DNA of 64,000 nucleotides from Malacoraja senta (taxonomy: Eukaryota): assembly GCA_038087875.1 (NCBI GenBank), contig CM075987.1, positions 17,610,001-17,674,000 of the forward strand, read 5' to 3'. The notes under the pieces are model-generated. The model was given only the letters and a program-made list of their open reading frames with translations. It was not told where the DNA came from and did no database searches. The position numbers were made by a program, and so were the translations under genes. Of this stretch, positions 38,261-50,424 are shown one piece after another. Numbering within the stretch: the stretch's first letter is position 1; each line of letters opens with the position of its first letter.

Positions 38261-39069
38261 CTGTGACTGTCACAACTGTGGGGAAGTGCAAGATCGGGTA
38301 CATGGATGGGAACGGTTTAGAGGAACATGGCCCAAACACAGGCAGGTGGGACCAATGTAGATGGGGCATCCTGGTCAGCATGGGCAAGTTGGGCTGAATG
38401 GTCTGTTTCCATGCTAGAGTCATAGAGCGATACAGTGTGGAAACATGCCCTTCGGCTCAACTTGCTCGCACCAGCCAACATGTCCCAGCTAGACTAGTCA
38501 TATAGTGGTACAGTGTGGAAACAGGCCCTTTGGCCCAACTTGCCCGCACCAGCCAACATGTCCCAGCTAGACTAGTCCCACCTGCTGGCGCTTGATCCAT
38601 ATCCCTCCACACCTGTCCTATCCATGTACCTGTCTAACTGTTTCTTAAATGTTGGGATAGCCCCAGCCTCAACTACCTCCTCTGGCAGCTTGTTCCATAC
38701 ACCCACCACCCTTTGTGTGGAGAATGTTACCCCTAAAAGATTCCTATTAGACCTTTTCCCTTTCACCTTGAACCCGTGTCCTCTGATCATCGATTCCCCT
38801 ACGCTGGGCAAGAGACTCTGTGCATCTCCCCGATCTATTCCTCTCATGATCTTACACACCTCTTTAAGATCATGAGAGGAATAGATTGGGTAGATGCACA
38901 AAGATCGCCCCTCATCCTCCTGCATTCCAAGGAATAGAGACCCAGCCTACTCAACCTCTCCCTATAGCTCACACCCTCTAGTCCTGACAGCAGATCCTCT
39001 AGTCAGACAACTCTATGTATGACTCTATCAGTCAATGACTCTTCCATGCCTCAATGACTTCACCATGGC

Positions 39070-39990
39070 CATAGTGGTGTGCCTCAGGGTTCGGTGCTGG
39101 GCCCGTTACTGTTTGTCATCTACATCAATGATTTGGATGAGAACATACAGGGCAAGATTAGCAAGTTCGCTGATGATACAAAAGTGAGTGGTTTTGCAGA
39201 TAGTGAAGATGGTTGTGAACGATTGCAGCAGGATCTGGATCGATTGGCCAGGAGGGCGAAGGAATGGTTGATGGAATTTAATACAGAGAAGTGTGAGGTG
39301 TTGCATTTTGGGATGTCGAACAAGGGCTGGAGCTACACAGTGAATGGTAGGGCTCTGGGTAGTGTTGTAGAGCAGAGGGATCTAGGAGTACAGGTGCATG
39401 GTTCCCTGAAGGTGCCGCCGTAAGTAGATTGGGTGGTCAAAAAAGCTTTTGTCACATTGCATATTGAGTATAGAGGTTGGGAGGTCATATTGCAGTTGTA
39501 TAAGACGTTGGTAAGGCCGTATTTAGAATATTGTGTTCAGTTCTTGGCACTGTGTTATCAGAAAGATGTTGTCAAGCTGGAAAGGGTTCAGAAAAGATTT
39601 ACAAGGATGTTGCCAGGACTAGAGAGTGTGAGTTATAGGAGGAATGTTTCAAAAAGAACTGCAGATGCTGGAAAAATCAAAGGTAGACAAAAATGCTGGA
39701 GAAACTCAGCGGGTGAGGCAGCATCTATGGAACAAAGGAACGTTTTGGGACGAGACCTTTCTTCAGACAATAGGGAGAGGTCGAGTAGGCTGGGACTCTA
39801 TTCCTTGGAGCTCAGGAGGATGAGGGCTAATCTTATAGAGGTGTATAAAATCATGAGAGGAATAGATCGGGTCGATGCACAGAGTCTCTTGCCCAGAGTA
39901 GGGGAATTGAGGACCAGAGGACATGGGGTTAAAGTGAGAGGGGAAAAGATTTAGTCGGAACCTGAGGGGCAACTTTTTCACACACGAGGG
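39070..39990 (+). mobile_element. CR1 RT fragment with a PLE/hammerhead mini-insertion (about 39641-39769, - strand)
   Basis: [20 protein letters not shown]1 SYRE motif split by the insert. Confidence 0.88.
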
Positions 39991-40242
39991 TGTTGGTGAA
40001 AATATTCACTGAGACGTGAGTAAGAGAGAAGCAGCAAGTTCATTGTGGACAGAGGCAAGACCTGTGAGCAGTCAACCCCTCACCCAGGTGGGTGGGAGAT
40101 TGCAACCTTCACGTGGTCCGCCCTGTTTCAATGAATGCAATCAACGAGTGCACAATCGAATAAGATCAAATAGAACAAGTTGTCCCACAACTTTAGGCTG
40201 TGCACGCCATACGCAAGAAGAAGAAGAACCCCTTAGCAACTC

Positions 40243-40775
40243 CTGGACCTGGAGTATTGTGTGCAGTTTTGGTCCCCTAATTTGAGGAAGGACATTCTTG
40301 CTATTGAGGGAGTGCAGCGTAGGTTTACAAGGTTAATTCCTGGGATGGCGGGACTGTCATATGCTAAGAGAATGGAGCAGCTGGGCTTGTACACTCTGGA
40401 GTTTAGAAGTTTAGAAGGATGAAAGGGAATCTCATTGAAACATATAAGATTGTTAAGGGCTTGGACACGCTAGAGGCAGGAAACATGTTCCCGATGTTGG
40501 GGGAGTCCAGAACCAGGGGCCACAGTTTAAGAATAAGGAGTAAGCCATTTAGAACAGAGATGAAGAAACACTTTTTCTCACAGAGAGTGGTGAGTCTGTG
40601 GAATTCTCTGCCTCAGAGGGCGGTGAAGGCAGGTTCTCTGGATACTTTCAAGAGAGAGCTAGATAGGGCTCTTAAAAATAGCGTAGTCAGGGGATATGGG
40701 GAGAAGGCAGGAACGGGGTACTGATTGGGGATGATCAGCCATGATCACATGGCCTGCACCTATTGTCTATTGTCT
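40243..40775 (+). mobile_element. CR1 3' fragment with (CTATTGT)n tail
   Basis: LDTLEAGNMFPMLGESRTRGH. Confidence 0.88.
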
Positions 40776-41760
40776 CCCTCACCGATCACTCCCGTAGCGA
40801 TTTCTTAGCCAATGAACCCTTCGCAACTTAATCATGTTTTTCAGTCACTGGCTCAAAATTATCTACATTTTGGCTATTGCAGATGCTCAGCATCTGGCCT
40901 GGTGACTTAGCTCTGCACTAGTCACCACTGAGGCATTTATCCAGCAAGAGTCAAGAGAGTTTATTGTCATGTGTCCCAGATAGGACAATGAAATTCTTGC
41001 TTGCTGCAGCACAACAGAATATTGTAAACATAATACAGAACAGGAGATAAAAGTTCAGCGAGCATTTAGCAGTGTCCACAAAGTCAAGTATACCAACATC
41101 CTCGCTGGTTCCAAAATGTACTTCATCAGAGGCCGGTGGGTGTATGGAACAAGCCGCCAGAGGAGGTAGTTGAGGCAGGGAGTATTAACAGTATTTAAAA
41201 GACATTTGTACAGGTAGATACAACAGACCTTCATGGTCGGGTCTAGATCCTACAACCACTGGGACTTGAAAGTGGCCCCAAAGTGGTGACTCTGCACACT
41301 GACTGAGTGTATTACTGCTGTACACGTGTAATGTATCTGAGATGCTTGTCTAAGATGTATCTAAGTGATACTTGTACCCGCTGAGTTCCTCCACTTTGTG
41401 TTTTGCCTATGCCTTCTAGTGGTGGACATGTCTTCCAGGGCAGAAGGTTTCCTATTCTTTTCCCAATCTGTGGCCCTGATAATATTGTCATATCTGTACC
41501 AGGTCTACACTCTGCCTCCAGAACCCTGACATGTATAGAGTACAGCATGGAAACAGGCCCTTCCACCCACCTTGTCCATGCCGACTGGGCAGTTTGCATA
41601 CTGGGCTAGTCCCATTCACCCACATTTGCCCCATATCTCTATAAACCCCTGTAAGCCATATATGTAATAAAAATGTTTATATGTTTGAAAGATATGTAGA
41701 CAGGTACATGGATGGGAAAGGTGATGTGGGCCAAACACAGGCAGGTGGGACTAGTTTAGA

Positions 41761-41858
41761 ACAGTCTGAAGAAGGGTTTCGGCCCGAAACGTTGCCTATT
41801 TCCTTCGCTCCATAGATGCTGCTGCACCCACTGAGTTTCTCCAGCACTTTTGTGTACC
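41761..41858 (+). mobile_element. 98-bp PLE-derived hammerhead mini-insertion in a CR1 3' tail
   Basis: Starts acagtctgaagaagggtttcggcccgaaacgtt; flanked by tttaga (41755-41760, 41859-41864). Confidence 0.8.
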
Positions 41859-42012
41859 TTTAGATGGGGCATCTTGATATGGACAAGTTGGGCTGAAGGG
41901 CCCGTTTCCATGAGTCTATGACAAGGGTAACGTGAGTGTTGATGTGTGGGTGTGGACAGGAGGGGGTGCAGGAGGGGGCAGTCTGACTCTCTGCCTGCTG
42001 TCTGTCCCTCAG

Positions 42013-42190
42013 CTTTGAGATCCCCACCATGTTCAGCAGCTGCAGCCGAGAGGACCTGGAGAACAGCCTGCGGCACGGGGTGGGGGTCTGCCTGTACAAC
42101 CTGCCGCCCCTACACCTGCTGGTGGAGGGGCCCGAGTGCGGCAACATGTACCTGGAGGAGGGCGAGGAGTGTGACTGCGGAAAGGCCGGG
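42013..42190 (+). CDS. ADAM15: Metalloprotease end and disintegrin start (exon 12 equivalent), FEIPTMFSSCS...CLYNLP...CGNMYLEEGEECDCGKAG
   Basis: ccctcag acceptor, ggg|gtaagg donor, 178 nt, phase 2 to 0; FSSCS, CL.N.P and CGN..LE.GEECDCG motifs. Confidence 0.96.
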
Positions 42191-42366
42191 GTAAGGAGGG
42201 GCCATCACCGCGCCCCAGTGCAGGGGCCCCGGGGTGCGGGGGGGCTAAGTGGTGGGGGAAGGTGGGGTCGGAGGGGAGGGGGGCCTCGGGAGAAGGGGTG
42301 GGGTCGTGGGGGGTGGTAAGGAGGGGCCACCGCCCCAGTGCAGGGGATCCGGGGGAGGGGGGGGGG

Positions 42367-42970
42367 ACTTCCTTCGAAGGCTTAGGAAGTTTGGCATGTC
42401 CCCTACAACTCTCACCAACTTCAACAAATGCACCATAGAAAGCATTTTATCAGCATCACAGCTTGGTTTGGGAACAGCTCCATCCAGGACCGCAAGAAGT
42501 CACAGCAAATTGTGGACGCAGCCCAGACCATCACACAAACCAACCTCCCTTCCATTGACTCCATCTATACCTCACGCTGCCTCGGCAAGGCCAGCAACAT
42601 AATCAAGGACCAGTCGCACCCCGGCCACTCCCTCTTCTCCCCTCTTCCATCAGGCAAAAGGTACAGAAGTGTGGAAACGCACACCTCCAGATTCAGGGAC
42701 AGTTTCTTCCCAGCTGTTATCAGGCAACTGAACCATCCTACCACAACCAGAGAGCAATCCTGAACTACTATCTACCTCTTTGATGTCCCACGGACTATCC
42801 TTGATCGGACTTTGCTGGCTTTACCTTGCACTAAACGTTATTCCCTTATCATGTATCTATACACTGTAAATGGATCGATTGTGATCATGTATTGTCTTTC
42901 TGATGACTGGTTAGCACAAAGCGAAAGCTTTTCACTGTACCTCGGTACACGTGACAATAAACTAAACTAA
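42367..42970 (+). mobile_element. Rex1/Babar-type 3' fragment; other pieces at about 9960-10412, 2671-2975 and 12222-12495
   Basis: [53 protein letters not shown]. Confidence 0.87.
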
Positions 42971-44121
42971 AAAAATAGTGTCACAGAGTCACACAACACA
43001 GAAACAGGCCCTTCGGCCCAACGCACCCATGCCGACCCACATGTGCACAAGACCACGAGGACAATAGATGGGGTGAATGCACAGATTATTTTTCTCAAGG
43101 TAGGGGAACCAAGAACGAGAGGTTTAAAGTGAGGGGGGTGGGGGGAGGGGGGAGATTAAATAAGAACCTGAGGGGCAAGAGGGACCATGGGACTATATTG
43201 AGACTTTGAAACTTTGTTGGTGCCCTATACGTGGCTACTCTGCATACCTTGTGTATGGTTGCAAAACAAAGAATATCCCTGTGACATGTCACATGATAAC
43301 AATTCATTCATTCATTCATCATCATCGTTGAAAACATTAGCGACGCAGTGGTGCTGGTTTCCGACGGGAACGGTGACGGACGCACCACACATCTCTGTCC
43401 TCCAGTTCCTGCGGACTTCCGCCGCTGGAAGTATAGGATTTTGTTGTGTGTGTGCTTTATCATCATTCCTTACAATGCCGTGTACGAAAGTGATCGCAAC
43501 TTCTACTGAAGCGTGGATGGCCGTTGGCTCGCTAGAAGCTCATCCGTCCTTTGACAGGTCTTGTTTTTGGTCCTGCTGGGGGTCCACAGCCCCCTCCTCA
43601 CCTGGCAATCCCATATACCCATCACACAGTGGGTGGTGGGTATATGGGATGAGCTGCTGGAGGAGGTAGTTGAGAAAGGGACTATCACAATGTTTGAAAG
43701 ACACTTGGACAGGTTTGGAGGGATATGGGCCAAACGCAGGCAGGTGGGACTCGTGTAGATGGGGTCCAGCGTGAGCAAGTTGGGCCGAAGGGGCCTGTTT
43801 CCACGCTGTATTACTCTGTGTCCTGTCTAAGCTAGTACCATTTGCCCATGTTTGCACCATATCCCTCTAGCCCTTTCCTCTCCATGTACCTTTCCAAGTG
43901 TCTGCTAAATGCTGTTCTCGTACCCGCCTCAACTCCCTCCTCTGCAGCTCATTCCATTGACCCAAAAGGTTGCTCCTCACATTTGTGAGGAATAGCATCA
44001 CAGAGTCATACAGCATGGAAATAGACCCTTCGGCCCAGCTTATCCATGCTGACCAAAATGCCCCATCTAAGCTAAACCCAGTTGCCTGCGTTTGGCCAAA
44101 TCCTTCTGAACCTTTCCCATC

Positions 44122-44719
44122 CATAGAAACATAGAAAATAGATACAGGAGGAGGCCATTTGGCCCTTCGAGCCAGCACCGCCATTCATTGTGATCATGGC
44201 TGATCGTCCCCTATCAATAACCCGTGCCTGCCTTCTCCCCATATCCCTTGACTCCACTAGCTCCTAGAGCTCTATCTAACTCTCTCTTAAATCCATCCAG
44301 TGACTTGGCCTCCACTGCTCTCTGTGGCAGGGAATTCCATAAATTCACAACTCTCTGGGTGAAAAAGTTTTTTCTCACCTCAGTCTTAAATGACCTCCTC
44401 TTTATTCTAAGACTGTGGCCCCTGGTTCTGGACTCGCCCAACATTGGGAACATTTTTCCTGCATCTAGCTTGTCCAGTCCTTTTGTAATTTTATATGTTT
44501 CTATAAGATCCCCCCTCATCCTTCTAAACTCCAGTGAATACAAGCCTAGTCTTTTCAATCTTTCCTCATATGACAGACCCGCCATCCCAGGGATCAATCT
44601 TGTGAACCTACGCTGCACTGCCTCAATGACAAGGATGTCCTTCCTCAAATTAGGAGATTAAAACTGTACACAATACTCCAGATGTGGTCTTACCAGAGCC
44701 CTATACAACTGCAGAAGAA
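44122..44719 (-). mobile_element. Young CR1 3' fragment
   Basis: ORF 44214-44648. Confidence 0.9.
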
Positions 44720-44967
44720 TCCATGCTCCTCCCCAAATTATCGGATTATCAAAACTGAAAGCCATCCAGGTGTAGTCTCACCTATGTCTTGTAGAGTTGC
44801 AGCATAATGTCCAATTGCTATGCTCCATGCACTGATGGATGGAGGCCAATGTGCTCAAAGCTTTCCCTACCTCCCTATATATCTGCAATTCCACTTTTAT
44901 GGGATTGTAAACGTAGCCTTGAATCCTCTGTTCCACAATGATCTTATAGATCATTGTGGAACGCAAT

Positions 44968-45361
44968 GATGGGGGATCTTATAGAAACATATACAATTAT
45001 AAAAGGACTGGACAAGCTAGATGCAGGAAAAATGTTCCCAATGTTGGGCGAGTCCAGAACCAGGGGCCACAGTCTTAGAATAAAGGGGAGGTCATTTAAG
45101 ACTGAGGTGAGAAAAAACTTTTCCACCCAGAGAGTTGTGAATTTATGGAATTCCCTGCCACAGAGGGCAGTGGAGGCCAAATCACTGGATGGATTTAAGA
45201 GAGAGTTAGATAGAGCTCTAGGGGCTAGTGGAGTCAAGGGATATGGGGAGAAGGCAGGCACGGGTTATTGATAGGGGACGATCAGCCATGATCACAATGA
45301 ATGGCGGTGCTGGCTCGAAGGGCCGAATGGCCTCCTCCTGCACCTATTTTCTATGTTTCTA
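44968..45361 (+). mobile_element. Young CR1 3' fragment, inverted relative to its neighbours
   Basis: ORF 44954-45271; tttctatgtttct tail. Confidence 0.9.
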
Positions 45362-46173
45362 ATACTCCCCAGAGGCCGTGGTTCAGTGATGACTCACGGC
45401 ATTTGGTGCAGTTCTAATCGCCCCCATCACAGGAAGGATGTGGAGGCTTTGGAGAGGGTGCAGAGGAGGTTTAATAGTGTCAACTGTGCTTTATTTCACA
45501 ATCACAATCACAATCAGTTTTATTCGTCACTTGCTCATAAAGTGCAAGTGAAATGAATTTGCCAGCAGCGGTACAATCAGAGAGAGAGAGAGAAAGAAAG
45601 AAAGGACGCATATACGATCGATAGGCACATGGAGAAACAGAGAATGGAGGGATATGGATTATGTGCAGGCAGAGAAGACTTGGTCTTGTCATCATGTTCG
45701 GCACAGACATTATAGACAATAGTCACTAGACAATAGGTGCAGGAGTAGGCCATTCGGCCCTTCGAGCCAGCACCGCCACTCAATGTGATCATAGCTGATC
45801 ATCCACAATCAGTACCCCGTTCCTGCCTTCTCCCCATATCCCCTGACTCCGCTATCTTTAAGAGCCCTATCTAGCTCTCTCTTGAAAGTATCCAGAGAAC
45901 CTGCCTCCACCTCCCTCTGAGGCAGAGAATTCCAGAGACTCACCACTCTCTGTGTGAAAAAGTGTTTCCTCGTCTCTGTTCTAAATGGCGTACCCCTTAT
46001 TCTTAAACTGTGTGGCCCCTGGTTCTGGACTCCCCCAACATTGTGGGCTGAAGGATCTGTTCCTGTGCTGTTCTATGTAATGCCCCAGCAGGAATCCCGG
46101 TTATAGATACGTGTAAGTAAAGCTTCATTTTGACCCTTCCCCCTCTTAACTCTCTGCATTGTTTTGTGCTCAG

Positions 46174-46266
46174 GAATGTTCAGACCGCTGCTGCCAGCCT
46201 TTGACGTGTAAACTCATCCCAGGGGCTGTGTGCTCATCCACTGGTGCCTGCTGTAAGGACTGCAAT
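46174..46266 (+). CDS. ADAM15: Disintegrin exon (exon 13 equivalent), ECSDRCCQPLTCKLIPGAVCSSTGACCKDCN
   Basis: tgctcag acceptor, aat|gtaagt donor, 93 nt, phase 0 to 0; disintegrin Cys pattern. Confidence 0.96.
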
Positions 46267-46430
46267 GTAAGTAAGAGCAATGGTCTTCTGCCTTCACCAA
46301 CTGGGCCAGAGTGCACAGTTGTACCAGAGTGCCTATCACCTATTGTACCAGACACCCCCGCCACACAAACAGTATAAATGGCGCAGATGTGCCAATGGTC
46401 GACAGCTACGAGTTCCTTGGTGTAAATATC

Positions 46431-48262
46431 ATAGAAAATAGGTGCAGGAGGAGGCCATTCGGCCCTTCGAGCCAGCACCGCCATTCATTGTGATCATGGC
46501 TGATCGTCCCCTATCAACAACCCGTGCCTGCCTTCTCCCCATATCCCTTGACTCCACTAGCCCCTAGAGCTCTCTCTAACTCTCTCTTAAATCCATTCAG
46601 TGATTTGGCCTCCACTGCCCTCTGTGGCAGGGAATTCCACAAATTCACAGCTCTCTGGGTGAAAACGTTTTTTCTCACCTCAGTCTTAAATGACCTCCCC
46701 TTTATTCTAAGACTGTGGCCCCTGGTTCTGGACTTGCCCAACATTGGGAACATTTTTCCTGCATCTAGCTTGTCCAGTCCTTTTATAATTGTATATGTCT
46801 CTATAAGATTCCCCCTCATCCTTCTAAACTCCAGTGAATACAAGCCTAGTCTTTTCAATCTTTCCTCACATGACAGTCCCACCATCCCAGGGATCAATCT
46901 CGTGAACCAAAGCTGCACTGCCTCAATCACAAGATGTCCTTCCTCAAATTAGGAGACTAAAGCTGTACACAATACTCCAGATGTGGTCTCACCAGAGCCC
47001 TATACAACTGCAGAAGAACCTCCTTACTCCTATACTGAAATCCTCTTGTTATGAAGGCCAACATTCCATTAGCTTGCTTCACTGCCTGCTGTACCTGCAC
47101 GCCAACTTTCAGTGACTGCTGTACAAGGACACCCAGGTCTCGCTGTACCTCCCCCTTACCAAACCTAACCCCATTGAGATAATAATCTGCCCCTTGTTTT
47201 TGCCACCAAGGTGGATAACCTCACATTTATCTATATTATACTGCATCTGCCACGCATCTGCCCACTCACTCTTTGCTTCCTGTCTGCCAACCAATTTTCT
47301 ATCCATGTCAACACCCTACCCCCAATACCATGTGCTCTAATTTTAGTCACCAGTCTCCCGTGCGGGACCTTATCAAAGGCTTTCTGAAAGTCTAGATACA
47401 CTACATCCACTGGCACCCCTTCATCCATTTTACTTGTAACATTCTCAAAAAATTCCAGAAGATTAGTTAAGCATGATTTCCCTTTCATAAATCCATGTTG
47501 ACTTGGACTAATCCTTTTACTGCTATCCAAATGCCCCATTATTACCTCTTTAATAATTGACTAAAAGAAAAGATGTATAACACAGCAAAGAGTAGCCGGA
47601 AGCCAGAGGATTGGGAAACTTTCATAGGACAACAGAAGGAAACAAAACGGGCAACACGGGCTGAAAAGATGAAGTACGAGGGGAAGCTGGCCAGGAATGT
47701 AAAGAAGGACAGTAAAAGCTTCTTTAGATATGTTAAGGGAAAAGAATAGCAAAGTCAAATGTGGGTCCCTTGAAGGCAGACACGGGTGAAATTATTATGG
47801 GTAACAAGGAAATTGCAGAAGAGTTGAATAGGTACTTCGGATCGGTCTTCACTAAGGAAGACACAAACAATCTCCCAGGTGTACTGGAGGACAGAGGATC
47901 TAAGGGGGTAGAGGAACTGAAATAAATGTTCATTAGGCGAGAAATAGTATTGGGTAGGCTAATGGGACTGAAAGATGATAAATCCCCTGGGCCTGATGGC
48001 CTGCATCCCAGGGTCCTCAGGGAGGTGTCTCTAGAAATAGTGGATGCATTGGTGATCATTTTCCAATGTTCAATAGATTCAGGATCAGTTCCTGTGGATT
48101 GGAGGATAGCTAATGTAATCCCACTTTTCAAGAAAGGAGTGAGAGAGAAAACGGGGAATTACTGACCAGTTAGCCTGACTTCGGTGGTGGGAAAGATGCT
48201 GGAGTCAATTATTAAAGAGGTAATAATGGGGCATTTGGATAGCGGTAAAAGGATGAGTCCTT
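46431..48262 (-). mobile_element. CR1 with 5' inversion (46431-47562 on -, 47563-48262 on +)
   Basis: ORFs 46514-46930 and 47231-47539 (-); ORF 47926-48165 (+) encodes the upstream part of ORF2. Confidence 0.85.
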
Positions 48263-49244
48263 TTACTGGATTTTAGGATTCCCGCTCCGTCCGGCAGAAG
48301 GTACAGAAGCTTGAAAGCGCGCACCACCAGACTCAGGAATAGCTACTTCCCCTCTGTTATCAGGCTTCTGAACAGTCCTTCCAGAAGCTTGGGTACTGTC
48401 TGATTCACCTCTACCCCATTGCGGACATTGGACTTTGTCTGTGGAACTGATGCGCTACAATGCTGAGAACTACATTCTGCACTCTGTATCTTCCCCTTTA
48501 TTCTACCTGCTGTATTTAAGTTTAACTGATTGTATATATATATGGTATATATGGACAGTGCTGGAGTAATGTGGAGGGGGCAGAAGGGTTTACCAGCACG
48601 CTGTCTGGTTTAGAGGCCATTCGCTACACGGAGGGGTTGGATAATCTTGAATTGTTTTCGCTGAAGCATCACAGGTTGAAGGGCGGTCTGATAGAAGTAG
48701 ATTAAATTATGACAAGCATAGAAGCAGAGGATGATGGGGGAAAGAGGACATTGGTTTACGGTAAGGGAGTTGTGAGTCTGTGGAATTCTCTGCCTCAGAG
48801 GGCGGTGGAGGGCGGTTCTCTGGATACTTTCAAGAGAGAGCTAGATAGGGCTCTTAAAGTTAGCGGAGTCTGGGGATATGGGGAACGGGGTACTGATTGG
48901 GGATGATCAGCCATGATCACATTGAATGGCGGTGCTGGCTCGAAAGGCCGAATTGCCTACTGCACCTATTGCCTATTGTCTATTGGAGCAATTTAATAGG
49001 AAGCTGAGGGGTAACTTTTTCCACACAAAGGATGGTAGGTGTATGGAACGAGCTGTTAGAGGGGGTAGTTGAGGCTGGGATATCACAACAGTATAACAAC
49101 TTTTAGACAGGTACGTACATGGATAGGACAGGTTTGGAGGGATATGGGCCAAAAGCAGGCAGATGGGAATAGTGTAGATGGGACATGTTGGCCGGTGTGG
49201 GCAAGTTGGGCCAAAGGGCCTGTTTCCACACTATATCCTCTCCG

Positions 49245-49710
49245 AGTCTCGGCGGCAGCAGCGGGTGCCTCGACGGTGGTGGAGCCTCAACGGCAATGGG
49301 AGCCTCGTCGGCAATGGGAGCCTTGGTGGACGGCGGTGGTGGGGCCTCGCGATCGACCCGCGATCAATGGTCGATGACCATGAGGGGGGGGAGGGGAAGA
49401 CAATGGGGACCTGGCATGGGGGGGACCGCTGTGAGGGACGGTGGGAGGAACAAGGGGGACCCGGTGGGAGGGGGCACTCTAGTTTTAGACTCCTCTGCCC
49501 AGGGGATAAACCTGCGTTCGTTTGTTTGTTTGTTCATTTGTTCCGGTGAAGGCGCTGTGCACACGGCAGCCAGACATCAGTCACTTGTCTCATTTTCTTT
49601 TTGTTTTCACTTTTAATTTCAAGCTTTTGTGTACCCTGTAGTGTGTTGTGCCTGTCAGCAGACCAATTTTCCTTCCGGGGGTGAATAAAGTTTTATCGTA
49701 TCGTGTCGTA
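49245..49710 (+). mobile_element. Non-coding retroposon with AATAAA and (TATCG)n tail, Rex/Babar-like 3' end
   Basis: ...ccttccgggggtgaataaagttttatcgtatcgtgtcgta. Confidence 0.55.
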
Positions 49711-49824
49711 GAGGCAGAGGAGTTTGCTCTGACTTGGCATCCTCAGTCTCCTGGGGAAGTAGAGGTGTTGGTCTGCATCCTTGGCTGAAGCTTCAATGTG
49801 GTCATTGCCTCAGAGGGCTGTGGG

Positions 49825-50366
49825 TAGAGTTGCCAATTGTCTCGTATAAGCCGGGACATCCCGTATATTGGGCTAAATTGGTTATTGGTTTGTCCCGTAC
49901 GGGACCGCCCTTGTCCTGTATTTGACTGCTACTACTCGGGTCGAGGGGATTGTCGGGTCGGAACGCTGCATCCGGCCCCGCCTCACCCGCCCCGACATAG
50001 TGCAGCCCATGGAGTGCAGCAGCAGCAGCGCCTCGCCCGTGGCCCCGTCGGTCGGTCGGCAGCCCGGCCAGCTGTCCGACCTTCGGACCTTCGCTTACCG
50101 CCGACACCACCACCACCCCTCCTTCTCATGGCACATCATCGGTTCCTGAGTTGGATGGGGGGCCGGACTTTGCGCGCGACGTCCCTTGGCCGGGGCCAAC
50201 ACTCCTCAGCTGGCCCGCCGGCTGGGCTTTGTGTGCAGTCCAGCACCCGGGCCAACTCATCATTCACCCAGCCACGGCCGAGTCGGTCAACGAATTGCCA
50301 TCGGGAATTTGTCCCGTATTTTGACCTTTTGTCCCTTATTTGGGAGTGAGAAAGTTGGCGACCCTA
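49825..50366. mobile_element. Non-autonomous hAT (Blackjack-like) DNA transposon
   Basis: Imperfect TIRs tagagttgccaat and agttggcgacccta; subterminal gtcccgta/cgggac repeats; no 8-bp TSD visible. Confidence 0.75.
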
Positions 50367-50424
50367 CTCTCTGCTCCTCCCCTCCTCCCGCTGCCTGCCA
50401 TCCTCTGATGCCGTTTTTCTTCAG

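Noticed and set aside
40040..40228. Short segment ending cgccatacgc(aag)n, possibly a Vingi/RTE-type tail
   Set aside because: Single copy with no coding remnant; cannot be classified from this window
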